A DNA stretch of 64,000 bases from contig JAFGCQ010000004.1 in NCBI GenBank assembly GCA_016932555.1, positions 990 to 64,989 on the forward strand, written 5' to 3'. A model generated the notes under the pieces. It made no database searches, had not been told where the DNA came from, and saw only the letters and a program-made list of their open reading frames with translations. The stretch's first letter is position 1, and each line of letters opens with the position of its first letter. Below, piece after piece: positions 49,589 through 58,452 of this stretch. The position numbers were made by a program, and so were the translations under genes. This stretch comes from Candidatus Zambryskiibacteriota bacterium (GTDB lineage: Bacteria; Patescibacteriota; Minisyncoccia; Phycocordibacterales; WO2-35-19).

Positions 49589-50692
49589 ATGAGGTACGAG
49601 ATAAAAATAGAAAAATTGCCAAAATCTGAGGTAAAACTGGAAATATCACTTCCAGCCGAATTTTTAGATGAAGCTAGAAAAAAAGCAATAAGGAAATTTT
49701 GCGCTGAATTGGAGGTACCGGGATTCAGAAAGGGTAATGTGCCGGAAAATATCGCCATCGAAAAAGTCGGTGAAAACAAAATATTACAGGAAGCAGTGAA
49801 TATCCTCCTACAGGAACATTTTCCAAAAGTGATAGAACAGGAAAAACTTGATATAATTGGTCGACCGAATATTTCTATAACTAAGCTAGGACTCGGCAGC
49901 CCAACAGAATTTAAGGTTGAGTTCGCTACTCTGCCCGTTTTCAAATTGCCAGATTATAAAGAGATAGCAAAAAAATTAAGAATTGCGAATAACGAATCAA
50001 GAAAAGAAAAAAAGATAGAAGTCACTGATAAAGAGGTTGACGATGTACTTTTACAAATCCGGAAAAATAAGGCTCATTTTGATTGGCATAAAAGTCATCC
50101 AGAAGAGAAATCCGCCCAAGGCGGATCCGCCTTGGACGGAGGCCACAATCATCCAGAAATAAGAGATGAGGATCTGCCGCCACTGGATGATAAATTAGCA
50201 GAGGAAGCTGGTAATTTCAAAAATTTGGATGAACTTAAGGCCAAAATCAAAGAAAACATAAAATTCGAAAAAGAAAATAAAGAAACCGAAAAATTAAGAG
50301 CCGAAATTATGGAAGAATTATTAAAAGCGACCAAAATAGAAGTTCCAGATATATTAATAGAGAGCGAAATCGATAAAGCTTTAGCCCAGATGAAAGGTGA
50401 TATTGGAAGAATAGGTGTTAAATTTGAAGATTATCTAAAGCAGGTCAAAAAAACTGAAGAGGATTTGAAGAAAGAATTAAGTAGTAGCTCAGAAAAAAAA
50501 GCCGGCATCCAGCTTATCTTTAATAAAATTGCCGAAGCTGAAAAACTTGAGCCTAACAAAGAAATTTTAGAAAATGAAATTAAACACCTGATGGAGCATT
50601 ACCCCGACGCCTCCGAACAAAACGCCCGCATTTATGTTACCACCATTCTCCTAAACCAAGAAGTATTAAAACTTTTAGAAAATCAAAAATAA
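49589..50692 (+). CDS. tig: Trigger factor (short form; no recognisable PPIase domain)
   Basis: N-terminal ribosome-binding domain with GFRKGNVP motif. 367 aa. Confidence 0.8.
   Translation: MRYEIKIEKLPKSEVKLEISLPAEFLDEARKKAIRKFCAELEVPGFRKGNVPENIAIEKVGENKILQEAVNILLQEHFPKVIEQEKLDIIGRPNISITKLGLGSPTEFKVEFATLPVFKLPDYKEIAKKLRIANNESRKEKKIEVTDKEVDDVLLQIRKNKAHFDWHKSHPEEKSAQGGSALDGGHNHPEIRDEDLPPLDDKLAEEAGNFKNLDELKAKIKENIKFEKENKETEKLRAEIMEELLKATKIEVPDILIESEIDKALAQMKGDIGRIGVKFEDYLKQVKKTEEDLKKELSSSSEKKAGIQLIFNKIAEAEKLEPNKEILENEIKHLMEHYPDASEQNARIYVTTILLNQEVLKLLENQK
50116..50135. repeat. 20-bp GC-rich perfect palindrome CCAAGGCGGATCCGCCTTGG, in-frame inside tig (encodes AQGGSAL in a linker)
   Basis: The sequence is exactly self-complementary. 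It is GC-rich inside an AT-rich gene. Confidence 0.8.
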
Positions 50693-50696
50693 AAAT

Positions 50697-51290
50697 ATGA
50701 AAAACGAAATCAAAAATCAAATATTAGTACCGACAGTGATTGAAAAGACCCACCAGGGCGAAAGAGCTTTTGATATTTACTCAAGACTTCTTAAAGACCG
50801 CATAATCTTCCTGGGCGGGCCAATCGAAGATACTATGGCCAACCTTATTATTGCCCAGTTGCTTTTCTTGCAGTCTGAAGACTCCAAGAAAGATATTTCC
50901 ATTTACATCAACTCCCCCGGCGGCGCCGTTACTTCAACTTTAGCTATTGTGGATACTATTAAATATATTAAACCGGATGTAGCCACTTACTGTGTGGGCA
51001 TTGCTGCAAGCGGCGCCGCTTTGGTGCTTTCGGCTGGTTCTAAAGGCAAAAGATATATTCTCAAAAATGCTGAGGTGATGATACATCAGCCCATCGGTGG
51101 CGCTGAAGGTCAGGCTACTGATATTGCTATCACTGCTAAACACATTTTAAAAACCAAAGAAAACTTAAATAAAATGCTGGCTGAAAATACCGCCCAGCCG
51201 CTTAAAAAAATCGAACAGGACGCCGAGCGTGATTACTTTATGTCAGCCGAGGAGGCAAAAAAATATGGCATCGTGGACAAGATCTTATAA
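50697..51290 (+). CDS. clpP: ATP-dependent Clp protease proteolytic subunit
   Basis: Ser-His-Asp context: [16 protein letters not shown]. Confidence 0.9.
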   Translation: MKNEIKNQILVPTVIEKTHQGERAFDIYSRLLKDRIIFLGGPIEDTMANLIIAQLLFLQSEDSKKDISIYINSPGGAVTSTLAIVDTIKYIKPDVATYCVGIAASGAALVLSAGSKGKRYILKNAEVMIHQPIGGAEGQATDIAITAKHILKTKENLNKMLAENTAQPLKKIEQDAERDYFMSAEEAKKYGIVDKIL

Positions 51291-51476
51291 AATTTGCGAA
51301 ATTTAGATAAATTTTGTATAATAGTTTTGTTAATCATTATTTAATTTAAATTTCGTAATTTCGTTTAAGAAAAAAGGGTGCTAAAAAACTAAAATGTCTT
51401 TGTTTTTCAATACAAAAGTGAAACTATTGAAATAAATTTCACCGCTCTAAATTAAAGCGGAATTACAACAAAATAT

Positions 51477-53006
51477 ATGTCATTAAAAATAGCAATGCTA
51501 CTCGCGGGGCTGGCAGCTCTTATTGGTGTAGGGTTCGGGTATTTTTTGCGATGGATTATATCCCTAGGCCAGAGAGGATCAGTAGAATTACGCATAAAGC
51601 AGATGGAACTTCATGCTCGAGAAGAAGCCAAGAGAATCACTGAAGAAGCAGAAAAAAAAGCTGAAGAGACTATCAAAGAAACCCGTAAAGAATTTAAAGA
51701 AAAAGAAGAAAAAATCAAAAAAACTGAAGATCGACTTATTAAAAAGGAAGAATTTTTAGACAAAAGACAAATTGATATCGACAAAGAAACTGAGCAAATA
51801 AAAGAAAAAATCACAGAAATAAAAACTATCAAGAACAGAGCTGAAAAATTAGAAAAAGAAAAAGAAGAAGAATTGCAAAAAATTTCAGGATTATCTGAGG
51901 AAGAAGCTAAAAAAACTTTAATCAAAGAAATGGAGAGGAAATATGAAGAGGATATAAGTGTAAGATTGCAAAAACTTGAAAACGAGAGCAATGAGAAAAT
52001 AGAAAACCGAGCTAAAGAAATACTTACCACTTCTATCCAACGCTTAGCTAACTCAGTCTCTTCAGAAGTTTTTTCCACTACAGTTACTATACCCTCAGAT
52101 GAAATTAAGGGTAAAATTATCGGTAAAGAGGGCCGAAATATCAAAGCTTTTGAAAGAGTTTCCGGTGTGGAAATCATTGTTGATGATACGCCCGGACTCA
52201 TCACCATCTCATCTTACGATTCGGTAAGAAGACAGGTCGCCAAAGTAGCTTTAGAAAATTTGATAACTGATGGTAGAATTCAACCGGTCAAAATTGAAGA
52301 AATGGTAGAAAAGGCTAAACAAGAAATTAATAAAATAATTAAAGAAAAAGGTGAACAAGCTACTTATGAATGTGGAGTATTCAATCTCGACCCTCGGATT
52401 ATTTCGATTCTAGGCAGACTGCATTTCCGTACTTCATACGGCCAAAATGTTTTACAACATTCAATTGAAATGGCTCATATTGCTAGTATGTTAGCCACCG
52501 AAATCGGCGCTAATGAAAATATTGCCAAAGCGGGTGCCCTACTTCATGATATTGGCAAAGCTGTGGATCATGAAATTTCTGGAACTCACGTAGAAATTGG
52601 CCGCCGAATTCTTCAAAAATTCGGTGCTGATGAAAGAATAATACGAGCTATGGAAGCACATCATGGCGAGCATCCTTACACTTCTTTGGAATCTTACATT
52701 GTTCAAGCCGCTGATGCTATTTCTGGTGCCAGACCTGGAGCTAGACGCGACAGTGTAGAAAATTATTTAAAGCGTTTGACTGAACTTGAAGCTATCGCCA
52801 ACAGTTTTGAAGGTGTAGATAAATCTTATGCCCTGCAGGCCGGCCGCGAAATCAGAATCTTTGTCACTCCAACTGAAGTCAATGATTTACAAGCTAAAGA
52901 TATGGCTCGTGAAATTGCAATTCGCATTGAAAATGAACTTAAATACCCAGGCGAAATTCGTGTGGTCGTCATCCGTGAATCTCGCAATATCGAATTTGCG
53001 AGATAG
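51477..53006 (+). CDS. rny: Ribonuclease Y
   Basis: N-terminal TM helix, coiled coil, KH domain (IIGKEGRNIKAFE), HD domain (LLHDIGKA). Confidence 0.9.
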   Translation: MSLKIAMLLAGLAALIGVGFGYFLRWIISLGQRGSVELRIKQMELHAREEAKRITEEAEKKAEETIKETRKEFKEKEEKIKKTEDRLIKKEEFLDKRQIDIDKETEQIKEKITEIKTIKNRAEKLEKEKEEELQKISGLSEEEAKKTLIKEMERKYEEDISVRLQKLENESNEKIENRAKEILTTSIQRLANSVSSEVFSTTVTIPSDEIKGKIIGKEGRNIKAFERVSGVEIIVDDTPGLITISSYDSVRRQVAKVALENLITDGRIQPVKIEEMVEKAKQEINKIIKEKGEQATYECGVFNLDPRIISILGRLHFRTSYGQNVLQHSIEMAHIASMLATEIGANENIAKAGALLHDIGKAVDHEISGTHVEIGRRILQKFGADERIIRAMEAHHGEHPYTSLESYIVQAADAISGARPGARRDSVENYLKRLTELEAIANSFEGVDKSYALQAGREIRIFVTPTEVNDLQAKDMAREIAIRIENELKYPGEIRVVVIRESRNIEFAR

Positions 53007-53007
53007 A

Positions 53008-53030
53008 AAAAACGCCTTTAGGCGTTTTTC
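53008..53030. terminator. Bidirectional terminator (AAAAACGCC-TTTA-GGCGTTTTT)
   Basis: Hairpin between the convergent rny and MBL genes. Confidence 0.7.
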
Positions 53031-53095
53031 TTGAAAAAATCATCAACATTTTGGACGATCGTCAAATTTGTCAATGAAAAATTATATGATAAGCT

Positions 53096-54535
53096 CTAGA
53101 GTAAATCATAAGATTTTTCCTCCTTCGGATATACTGCATCAACATTCAAATAATCTTTAATGCGCTGGACTAAGAAAAGTGAAGATTTCGGCTCGCCCAT
53201 TATAACAAATACGCGCTTAAGTTTACTCTTTTTCTCCCTCTCCTTCGCAAAGAGAGAGCTACGTGTAGTGAGGGATGAGGTCGCTACCTTTTCTACAAAC
53301 TCCAGCAAATGCTCTGAGTCTTTGTGTGATGAATAACCAGTGATATTTTCTATGGTAGCCCTGACTTTCACTGCTTCTTTTTTCTTATTACCACCAGTGT
53401 TAATAAAAACTTTTTTTACTCCATCCTGTAGTGCTCTGCCCAAAGACCCGATAGATTGATAACCCACTAGAATAATTGTCGCTTTAGGATCAGGCAAATA
53501 ATTTGCCTCATGATTTACAATTCTACCCCCTTCCGACATGCCTGAACCGGCCATGATTATTTTAGTTCCTTCAGTTTTTTCTATTTCTTTGGATTCTTCA
53601 AAATTTTTAATAATTTTTAACCCAGGAAAATTAAAAATGTTATCACCTTGTTTAATTTCTTTTTGGATTAAATCTTTGAAATCAGAGGAATATTTTTGAT
53701 AAATAGCAGTTACCTTTTCAGCTAAAGGTGAGTCCAAAAATACCGGCACTTTGGCAATTTTTCCACCCTCTATCATCTCATTAAGTTCATAGAGTAAAAC
53801 TTGAGTTCTTTCTATGGAAAAAGCCGGTATAATAATCGCACCGCCTTTCTTTATACCTTCTTCTAGAGCTCTTTTAAATTTTTTTCTTCTGTCTTTTTTG
53901 TTTTCATGATTCCTATCGCCATAGACACTTTCCATAACAAGATAATCAACTTCTTTGGGAAATTCAGTATCAGGTAAAAGTAGTGATGGTGAATTACCTA
54001 AATCTCCAGTGAATGTTATTTTTGTTTTTGAAATCGTAACACTCAAAATAGCCGAACCTAAAATATGCCCGGCATTTTGCATTTCTAAAAAACAATCATC
54101 AAAAAGTTTTATCTTCTCTCCATATTTTTTACCTTCCCAAAAAGCAAAACTTCTTTCAATATCATTTTCATTAAAAAGTTCTTGTTTAGGGTATTTTGAA
54201 CGCATAACTTTAAGCGCATCTTGAAGCATGAGCTTCGCTAATTCCATTGTTTCTTTGGTAGAAATTATTTTGCCTTTGAAACCTTCCTTCACTAATTTTG
54301 GAATTCTACCAATATGGTCCATATGGGCATGGGTGATAAGTAAGAAATTTATACCTATCGGATTGTATTTAAAGGGTTTAAAATTTTTATCCTCGGCATA
54401 TTTTGTTCCTTGAAAAAGACCGCAATCAATCAGAATTTTTCTTTGATTGCATTCTAGCATTATATTAGCACCAGTAGTAGAACCTACGCCGCCAAAAAAT
54501 CTAAGTTTTTGGTCATCATTCATATTTTTCTTCAA
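53096..54535 (-). CDS. MBL-fold beta-CASP family RNA-metabolising metallo-hydrolase (RNase J/CPSF-like)
   Basis: HAHMDHIG metal-binding motif and beta-CASP C-terminal region. 479 aa. Confidence 0.7.
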   Translation of the reverse strand: MKKNMNDDQKLRFFGGVGSTTGANIMLECNQRKILIDCGLFQGTKYAEDKNFKPFKYNPIGINFLLITHAHMDHIGRIPKLVKEGFKGKIISTKETMELAKLMLQDALKVMRSKYPKQELFNENDIERSFAFWEGKKYGEKIKLFDDCFLEMQNAGHILGSAILSVTISKTKITFTGDLGNSPSLLLPDTEFPKEVDYLVMESVYGDRNHENKKDRRKKFKRALEEGIKKGGAIIIPAFSIERTQVLLYELNEMIEGGKIAKVPVFLDSPLAEKVTAIYQKYSSDFKDLIQKEIKQGDNIFNFPGLKIIKNFEESKEIEKTEGTKIIMAGSGMSEGGRIVNHEANYLPDPKATIILVGYQSIGSLGRALQDGVKKVFINTGGNKKKEAVKVRATIENITGYSSHKDSEHLLEFVEKVATSSLTTRSSLFAKEREKKSKLKRVFVIMGEPKSSLFLVQRIKDYLNVDAVYPKEEKSYDLL

Positions 54536-54956
54536 CTTTATAATTTTCTAACTTGAATCTTTTTAACTCTTTTATATAAGCGTAAAAACACATAACAGTT
54601 GCTCCTAATACACCCATAATAAGATCCAGAACGGTATCAAAAGGATATTTAGGGCCAAGCATTACAGCTTCTCCGATTACTAATTCGTAAATTTCCCACA
54701 TTAAAGCTACAGCTACTAAACCCAAGATAGAAATTTTTAAAAATTCTATTAAATTTCTTTTTTTTGGTTTAAAAAGCTCCGTAAAGAAATATAACAAAAG
54801 AGAAAGAGCGCCTAAAGCAGTTCCAGCTAAAAAATGAACTAAGCTATCAAATTCCCAAACTGTCCAATAGAGATCATAATGATAAGCTATCTGATTTAAA
54901 ATCCCCACCAGAGCAAATAAAACAAACATTTCCCTAAAAAGCGGTTTATTTATCAT
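54516..54956 (-). CDS. Integral membrane protein, hypothetical
   Basis: 146 aa with four TM helices. Confidence 0.4.
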   Translation of the reverse strand: MINKPLFREMFVLFALVGILNQIAYHYDLYWTVWEFDSLVHFLAGTALGALSLLLYFFTELFKPKKRNLIEFLKISILGLVAVALMWEIYELVIGEAVMLGPKYPFDTVLDLIMGVLGATVMCFYAYIKELKRFKLENYKVEEKYE

Positions 54957-55194
54957 TTAATAATATAATATCATAAAAACTTAAAATCCCATTTAAAAGC
55001 GCTCGCCGCAAAGGCAAAGCGCTTTTGTAGGATTGTTTGTGATTATTCCCTAATTGCAAAAATTAAGGTGGGTGACCTCAATTGTATTGATTAGTTCTCG
55101 ATTGTTATCGAGCATCACCTCTTTACAAAGATATTGGTCTCCCTAAAAAAGTTCAAACTAGAAAATATCCAAACAATCCTACTTTAATTATACT

Positions 55195-55803
55195 CTATTC
55201 CAGTATTCCATCCAAGTTTACATCATACAAAATCTGTTCGGCAATTAAACGATAATTTACAAGCTCATTTTCCTTAAACCAAAGTTTTATCTCTTTATTT
55301 GCCTCCTCAGTCGAACCAGAAGCGTGTATCAAGTTGCGAACTGCCCGACCATCAGTGTCAGACACTATATATGAATCCAAAACAAAGTCTCCACGAATAG
55401 TGCCCACATCTGAAGTTCGGGGTTCTGTTCCACCAGTTACTTTACGCACCACTTCCACCGCGTGCGCCCCTTGCCAAACTAGCGCTACCACCGGACCTGA
55501 AGTCATATATTTAATTAAAGTTTCCAAAACTCTGTTTCCAGCTTCTATTGGGTTTTTTAAAGGGGGCTCTATGCCCTTTTTTTGATAGCTAGCGATAGCT
55601 TTTTCACCAGCTTTTTTTTGCCATTCCGGATCAACCGTGTAGTGTTTTCTTACAAAACTTGCATCAGGAACAACCATTTTTATCGCAATCATTTTTAAAC
55701 CCATCTTTTCATACCTTTTAATAATTTCGCCAATAAGGGATCTTTGTACACCATCGGGCTTTATAATTACTAGCGTTCTCTCTTTACTTGGATGATTATT
55801 CAT
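55195..55803 (-). CDS. ndk: Nucleoside-diphosphate kinase (long form, 202 aa)
   Basis: LVIIKPDGVQR, NLIHASGS (active-site His). Insertions relative to the canonical 140-aa enzyme. Confidence 0.75.
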   Translation of the reverse strand: MNNHPSKERTLVIIKPDGVQRSLIGEIIKRYEKMGLKMIAIKMVVPDASFVRKHYTVDPEWQKKAGEKAIASYQKKGIEPPLKNPIEAGNRVLETLIKYMTSGPVVALVWQGAHAVEVVRKVTGGTEPRTSDVGTIRGDFVLDSYIVSDTDGRAVRNLIHASGSTEEANKEIKLWFKENELVNYRLIAEQILYDVNLDGILE

Positions 55804-55838
55804 GATTCTAATGACTCTAAAATTTTTAATTTTTAAAA

Positions 55839-56633
55839 CTATCTTGTCAAAACTTCTATTCCATTCTTTGTAACCGCTACTGTATGCTCAAAATGAGCAG
55901 AAAGAGATTTATCACGAGTAATAAAGGTATAGCCATCAGAGAGACGCTTGATTTCACGACTACCTAAAGAAAACATCGGCTCAATAGCAATAACTAGCCC
56001 TTCTCTAAGTTCCGGCCCTTCGCCCCTCTCGGCTCGATTGGGTACATACGGTTCTTCATGGACACTATAACCTACCCCGTGACCTGACAAGCCTTCTATT
56101 ATGCCCAAATTGTATTTCATAGCCACTTGCATAATAGCCGCCCCAATATCACCTATATGGCCACCGATTTGCATAGTGTTAATGCCTTTTTCTAAAGCTT
56201 CATAAGTCGCTCTAATGAGAGTCGCGGCATCATCGCTAATTTTACCAACTGGTACAGTAATGGCTGCGTCAGTAATCATGGGTCTTACTTGTGGTGAACC
56301 AGTCAAACTATAAGTAAAACCCATATCCAAAGAAACGATATCTCCTTCAAATAAAATCCGATTGCCGTCATGATTTGGAATACCGTGAACAATTTCTTCA
56401 TTTATGGAAACACAAAGCGAGGCCGGGTAGGGTTTTGAAGCATCATCAGATTGATAGCCAAAAAAAGAGCCGACGCCACCCGCTTCATCGATAAGTTTTT
56501 CGGCGTAATCATTAAGCTCTTGAGTTTTAACCCCTGCTTTAACTTTTTGGGCCACTTTTTTTAAAATCTTCGCGTGAATCTTACCTCCTTCCCGCATCAC
56601 TGCTATTTCTTCTTCTGTTTTGTATTTGATCAT
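55839..56633 (-). CDS. map: Type I methionine aminopeptidase
   Basis: Pita-bread-fold metal ligand pattern. 264 aa. Confidence 0.85.
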   Translation of the reverse strand: MIKYKTEEEIAVMREGGKIHAKILKKVAQKVKAGVKTQELNDYAEKLIDEAGGVGSFFGYQSDDASKPYPASLCVSINEEIVHGIPNHDGNRILFEGDIVSLDMGFTYSLTGSPQVRPMITDAAITVPVGKISDDAATLIRATYEALEKGINTMQIGGHIGDIGAAIMQVAMKYNLGIIEGLSGHGVGYSVHEEPYVPNRAERGEGPELREGLVIAIEPMFSLGSREIKRLSDGYTFITRDKSLSAHFEHTVAVTKNGIEVLTR

Positions 56634-57220
56634 AATCCAATTTTGCTTATTATCTCTTTATGAACTTCATCGATTGTTTGTTCGCCGTTTATTTCTATAA
56701 ATTTATAATAGTGATTGTTTTTGAGATATTCCACAGTTGGTAAAACTTTTTCTTTAAACCAATCTAGCCTGTTTTTTATATCTTCTTCATTGTCATCAGT
56801 CCTGCCTCTATCTTTCATTAGCTTGGTAACCCATTCATTTGAAGCATTTATCGAAATAACCATTGGGTTCTCTCTTTCATAAAATTTTAAAGCATCACTC
56901 AGTATATACGCTTCACCAAGTTTACGAGGTGTACCATCAAAGAAAATAGTCACATCTGGAGAAAGCTCTTCAACCAAGCGCTTAGTCCAAATGTAGATAG
57001 GCATAAACTCAGGAACTAATTCACCCTGATCTAAAATTTTTTTGACTCTTTGGGATGTGAAAGATTGGGTTTGGGTAAGTTTTCTAAATCCTTCCCCAGT
57101 TTCTATATAGATAATTTTTTGCTCAGGATATTTTTTCTTAATTTCTTCCTGTAGGAGCTTAGCTTGGGTACCCTTACCGCAACCAGATGGCCCTAAAAAT
57201 ATGAAAGTTTGCGGTTGCAT
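56630..57220 (-). CDS. adk: Adenylate kinase
   Basis: P-loop GPSGCGKGTQ. The start is chosen at the ATG matching the conserved N-terminus (MQPQTFIFLGPSG). Confidence 0.8.
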   Translation of the reverse strand: MQPQTFIFLGPSGCGKGTQAKLLQEEIKKKYPEQKIIYIETGEGFRKLTQTQSFTSQRVKKILDQGELVPEFMPIYIWTKRLVEELSPDVTIFFDGTPRKLGEAYILSDALKFYERENPMVISINASNEWVTKLMKDRGRTDDNEEDIKNRLDWFKEKVLPTVEYLKNNHYYKFIEINGEQTIDEVHKEIISKIGL

Positions 57221-57264
57221 GAAATAAGTATAACATAAATCCCCCACTCGGGACTAGTCCTCGA

Positions 57265-57285
57265 CCTCCCCTTGATCAGGGGAGG
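57265..57285. repeat. GC-rich hairpin element hp1 (CCTCCCC-TTGATCA-GGGGAGG)
   Basis: Same stem/loop family as 57680-57702, 58407-58429 and about 32262-32287. Preceded by a GGACTAGTCC palindrome. Confidence 0.7.
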
Positions 57286-57305
57286 CAATGCGCGATAATT
57301 AGGAA

Positions 57306-57656
57306 ATGACAAGAGTTCATAATATCCGCAAACTTTCAGATCGCAGGAAAGAATTACGAAAAAACCAAACAAAAACCGAAGAAAAACTCTGGTGGTATTT
57401 GAAAGATAAGAGGCTGGGAATTAAATTCAGAAGACAGCACAGTATAGGAGGATATATTTTAGATTTTATATGCAAAGAAAAGAAATTGATTATAGAAATT
57501 GATGGTAGAGTACATTTGAAAAAAGATAATAAAGAATACGATAAAGTTAGAGACAAATATTTTGAAGAGTTAAATTATAAAGTTCTGAGATTTACGAATG
57601 ATGAGGTTGAAAATGGGGTTAAAGAGATTATTGATGTTATAAAGCGGTATCTTTAA
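57306..57656 (+). CDS. DUF559-domain endonuclease-like protein (Vsr/PD-(D/E)XK-related)
   Basis: LWWYLKDKRL ... RRQHSIGGYILDFIC ... IIEIDGRVH ... D..R...L...GYKVLRF pattern typical of DUF559. Confidence 0.65.
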   Translation: MTRVHNIRKLSDRRKELRKNQTKTEEKLWWYLKDKRLGIKFRRQHSIGGYILDFICKEKKLIIEIDGRVHLKKDNKEYDKVRDKYFEELNYKVLRFTNDEVENGVKEIIDVIKRYL

Positions 57657-57657
57657 C

Positions 57658-57702
57658 CCCCACCCCTCAATTCGTGTAGCCCTTCTCTTGATCAGGGGAG
57701 GG
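57658..57702. repeat. Left terminal inverted repeat (26 bp, CCCCACCCCTCAATTCGTGTAGCCCT) plus hairpin hp2 (CCCTTCTC-TTGATCA-GGGGAGGG)
   Basis: 25 of 26 positions match the reverse complement of 58426-58451. It begins 1 nt after the DUF559 stop codon. Confidence 0.8.
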
Positions 57703-57721
57703 AAAACCAAAATCATACAAA

Positions 57722-57748
57722 AAGAAAACCGCCATTCAGCGGTTTTCG
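57722..57748. terminator. Bidirectional terminator (AACCGC-CATTCA-GCGGTT with flanking A/T runs)
   Basis: Lies between the convergent DUF559 gene and ORF 57771-58322. Confidence 0.6.
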
Positions 57749-57770
57749 GTTGAAAATCATTGAAGAGCGA

Positions 57771-58322
57771 TTATATCAAAATCCTCCCATTATACTCATG
57801 GAACCCGATTTCTCCACTGGTAGCCGTGAAAAAAATATGCTCCATTCCAGCAAAATTTTCGAATCCGCCCCCGAGAAAAATAGTGTTTTCATACTTAAGA
57901 AGGTTTTTATCATAGTTTCCTACACGAGTATCATTATAAAAACCGTGTGTAGCTAAACCTCGTCCACCATGGAATTCACGTTGTTTGTAGGCGTAATTAA
58001 GCGCCATTTTCAAAAAACTGATCACTTCCTTAGGATAACATCCAGAATAAGACATCCACCACACGGCCATCCATCTTCCTCTGGGTCTGAACCTATAAAA
58101 GATAGTGGTTGTACCGGCGGAAAAATCTGAAAGCGGTGTCACACAATAGTGATCTACCACTTTGTAGTTACCGGATACAAAAGTGATTCTTTTGTATCCG
58201 CTAGATTCTATGACTTTAACAGAATTCTTTTTGTTTCCAGCATATCCGTCAAGCATAGCATCGAAGAATACTTTTTCTGCTTTTTGAATGATTTTCTTTC
58301 TCTGTTTGGACTCTAGTTCCAC
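57771..58322 (-). CDS. Hypothetical protein carried on a TIR-bounded cassette. GC-richer than the host genes.
   Basis: 183-aa ORF at about 42 percent GC against a background of about 33 percent. No recognisable motif. Confidence 0.45.
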   Translation of the reverse strand: MELESKQRKKIIQKAEKVFFDAMLDGYAGNKKNSVKVIESSGYKRITFVSGNYKVVDHYCVTPLSDFSAGTTTIFYRFRPRGRWMAVWWMSYSGCYPKEVISFLKMALNYAYKQREFHGGRGLATHGFYNDTRVGNYDKNLLKYENTIFLGGGFENFAGMEHIFFTATSGEIGFHEYNGRILI

Positions 58323-58406
58323 TGTTGGCTCCTTTCACCCATTAGGTCTGACTCAGGTTATACAACAATATAAAAATTAAAGCAAGAATAAAAAATACCG
58401 CGCGTT

Positions 58407-58451
58407 CCCTCCCCCGTCCAGGGGGAGGGCTACACGAAGTGAGGGGTGGGG
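58407..58451. repeat. Hairpin hp3 (CCCTCCCCC-GTCCA-GGGGGAGGG) plus right terminal inverted repeat (26 bp)
   Basis: The reverse complement of 58426-58451 is CCCCACCCCTCACTTCGTGTAGCCCT. It ends 1 nt before the secY stop codon. On the minus strand the hairpin plus a T run also serves as the secY terminator. Confidence 0.8.
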
Positions 58452-58452
58452 A

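Noticed and set aside
52835-52860. GC-rich CCCTGCAGGCCGGCCGCGAA in rny as another palindromic insertion
   Set aside because: It encodes the conserved RNase Y motif ALQAGRE at the expected position and is not self-complementary. It probably reflects GC-rich codons for conserved A/G/R residues.
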